A stretch of DNA of 64,000 bases, taken from contig NC_134025.1 in assembly GCF_964204645.1 (NCBI RefSeq), forward strand, positions 15,128,001 to 15,192,000, in the 5' to 3' direction. Made by a program: the position numbers and the translations under genes. The notes under the pieces are model-generated. The model worked only from the letters and a program-made list of their open reading frames with translations, was not told the origin of the DNA and ran no database searches. Positions 62,570 to 64,000 of this stretch are shown here, in pieces. Every line of letters starts with the position of its first letter. The stretch's first letter is position 1. This DNA is from Tubulanus polymorphus. Taxonomy: Eukaryota; Animalia; Nemertea.

Positions 62570-62923
62570 ATGGAAAGTAAACAAGCAAACAGTGAGAACA
62601 ACAAATTATTTCTAGATAGAATAAAAGATACTTCAAATGTCAAATCAGTAGATTATAAATTTAAGAAGTTAACAGAATTAACAATCCATAAGAAATATCT
62701 AATTACAGATATTGTTACAGTTACTAACAAATATGGAGATAAATTAGTTATACACTTAGAATATGAAGGATTAAAAGGAAATACATATAAATTCAGAACA
62801 TATTTACCAGATAGATTTCATAGATTATCAAGTGAAGATTTACAAGAATTATGTTCTGGAGATTTCTATTTCGTATACAAAGGTAAGAATGAAAAAGGGC
62901 ACCATGAAATAGATTTCGAATAA
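62570..62923 (+). CDS. 117-aa possible ssDNA-binding protein
   Basis: Homolog of 18208-18561. Confidence 0.65.
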   Translation: MESKQANSENNKLFLDRIKDTSNVKSVDYKFKKLTELTIHKKYLITDIVTVTNKYGDKLVIHLEYEGLKGNTYKFRTYLPDRFHRLSSEDLQELCSGDFYFVYKGKNEKGHHEIDFE

Positions 62924-62940
62924 GAAAATATGTAAAATAA

Positions 62941-63197
62941 ATGGTAGAATTAAAAGAATACAGAATATTTGTTGATTCAAGAAGGCTTACTTATTATAAA
63001 TCACATAATTTACTAGTACAATTAGATAGAGAATTTAAGAATTGTGTAGATTTAAAATTAGTTAACGTAAGTTTATGTAATTCTTTTCATAATATATCGA
63101 ATAAAAGTCTTGATCATTTAGCTTTTAAAATTCATGTTAGAAATTTGAATAAATGGTTTCATCTTTATCTAAAACCAGGATTATATAATTAAGAAAC
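62941..63197 (+). pseudogene. Minor capsid protein, 3'-truncated
   Basis: First 83 aa homologous to 17432-18190. Confidence 0.7.
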
Positions 63198-63949
63198 TTA
63201 TTCTTCACCCTTTTTACCGCATCATCAATAGTTGTTTCATTGTTATGCTTATTCATCCAATCAAATTTATCATTATTTTCTACTTTATGTTTCATAGAAT
63301 CTTTATTATCAATATGCTTATCTGTAACTATATTTTCATTATCATCTTTATTAGTGTTTGCTCCTAATATTTCATTTACAGTGTTTGATCCTAATATTTC
63401 ATTAGCATCAGTTAAATCTAATTCATCTTTATTAGGTGTTGCTAATAAAAAATCTTCATATAATTCTTTACCATTTACTTTTTTATTTGAAACAAACTTT
63501 GTGACATATCTAAATGGGTGTTCTATAAATTCTCTTAAACCAACACGTTCTATAACATTAGTAATATGTACCTTTGTATTCATATGTTTATTCCAATTTG
63601 ATGGAGCGTTTGAAAATTCACCTTTACAATAAGCACAATAATTTCTATTTTCACTAACATTTAATATTATTGCATTATTAGATGTAGAAGGTATTACATT
63701 ATTAGATGTAGTAGGTATTACTGTAGTAGGTATTACTGTCGTAGGTATTACATTATTATCAATTACATTACTTAAATTATCAACAACACCACTTTTATTA
63801 TTATCGATTTCTATTAGTTTAGTTTTATAAATTTTGAAAATAGGATCAAATATCAAAGCTATATTACAAGGTATTACATAATATAAACCATCATTATTTT
63901 CATGTGTATCGATGTATGGAATATGTTTATATACTTTACCTCCTTCCAT
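63198..63949 (-). CDS. Variable-slot gene, allele 1 (MEGG start, VIPTT repeats, CAYC...H...H finger), 3' end cut by a rearrangement
   Basis: ORF 63137-63949; homology to 10908-11698 ends at ~63198; followed by the MCP 3' end at ~63982-64000. Confidence 0.75.
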
Positions 63950-64000
63950 TTAATATAAGATTTTTTATTAAAGTTAAAATTTTAATACATAACACTATCT

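Larger units (their letters stand above)
59706..63197 (+). mobile_element. Polinton copy 4: pPolB-side end, internally deleted, opposite orientation to copies 1 and 2
   Basis: Short-type terminal hairpin 59706-59857; TIR joined at ~59907 to mid-pPolB; then the 117-aa gene and the 5' part of mCP. Confidence 0.9.

Overview
AT-rich eukaryotic (probably invertebrate) genomic window made up almost entirely of nested mobile DNA; no host gene is recognisable. It is dominated by one Polinton/Maverick (adintovirus-like) family: two near-full-length, partly frameshifted copies in tandem (about 4265/6321-23113 and 24670-42992), a 4.77-kb non-autonomous derivative with a perfect 6-bp TSD (47340-52105, GCTAAA), and rearranged fragments from 59706 to the window end. 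The large copies encode pPolB, RVE integrase with chromodomain, A32-like packaging ATPase, putative major and minor capsid proteins, an HNH nuclease and several membrane-type ORFs. Also present: a degenerate Gypsy pol, a LINE RT fragment, a TIR element with a 9-bp TSD, small MITEs, a 24-bp minisatellite, a ~545-bp satellite and two near-identical segmental duplications. The most unusual signals are: (1) every Polinton end is itself a 150-400 bp fold-back hairpin whose two arms co-vary across four variants; (2) genes are packed 15-40 bp apart and start from two classes of poxvirus-like TAAATG upstream motifs that sort by gene function, suggesting transcription by a helper virus; (3) a 27-bp in-frame palindromic micro-insertion shared by two unrelated genes; (4) a swappable gene slot next to the capsid gene. 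All protein assignments come from motif recognition by eye; no searches were run.
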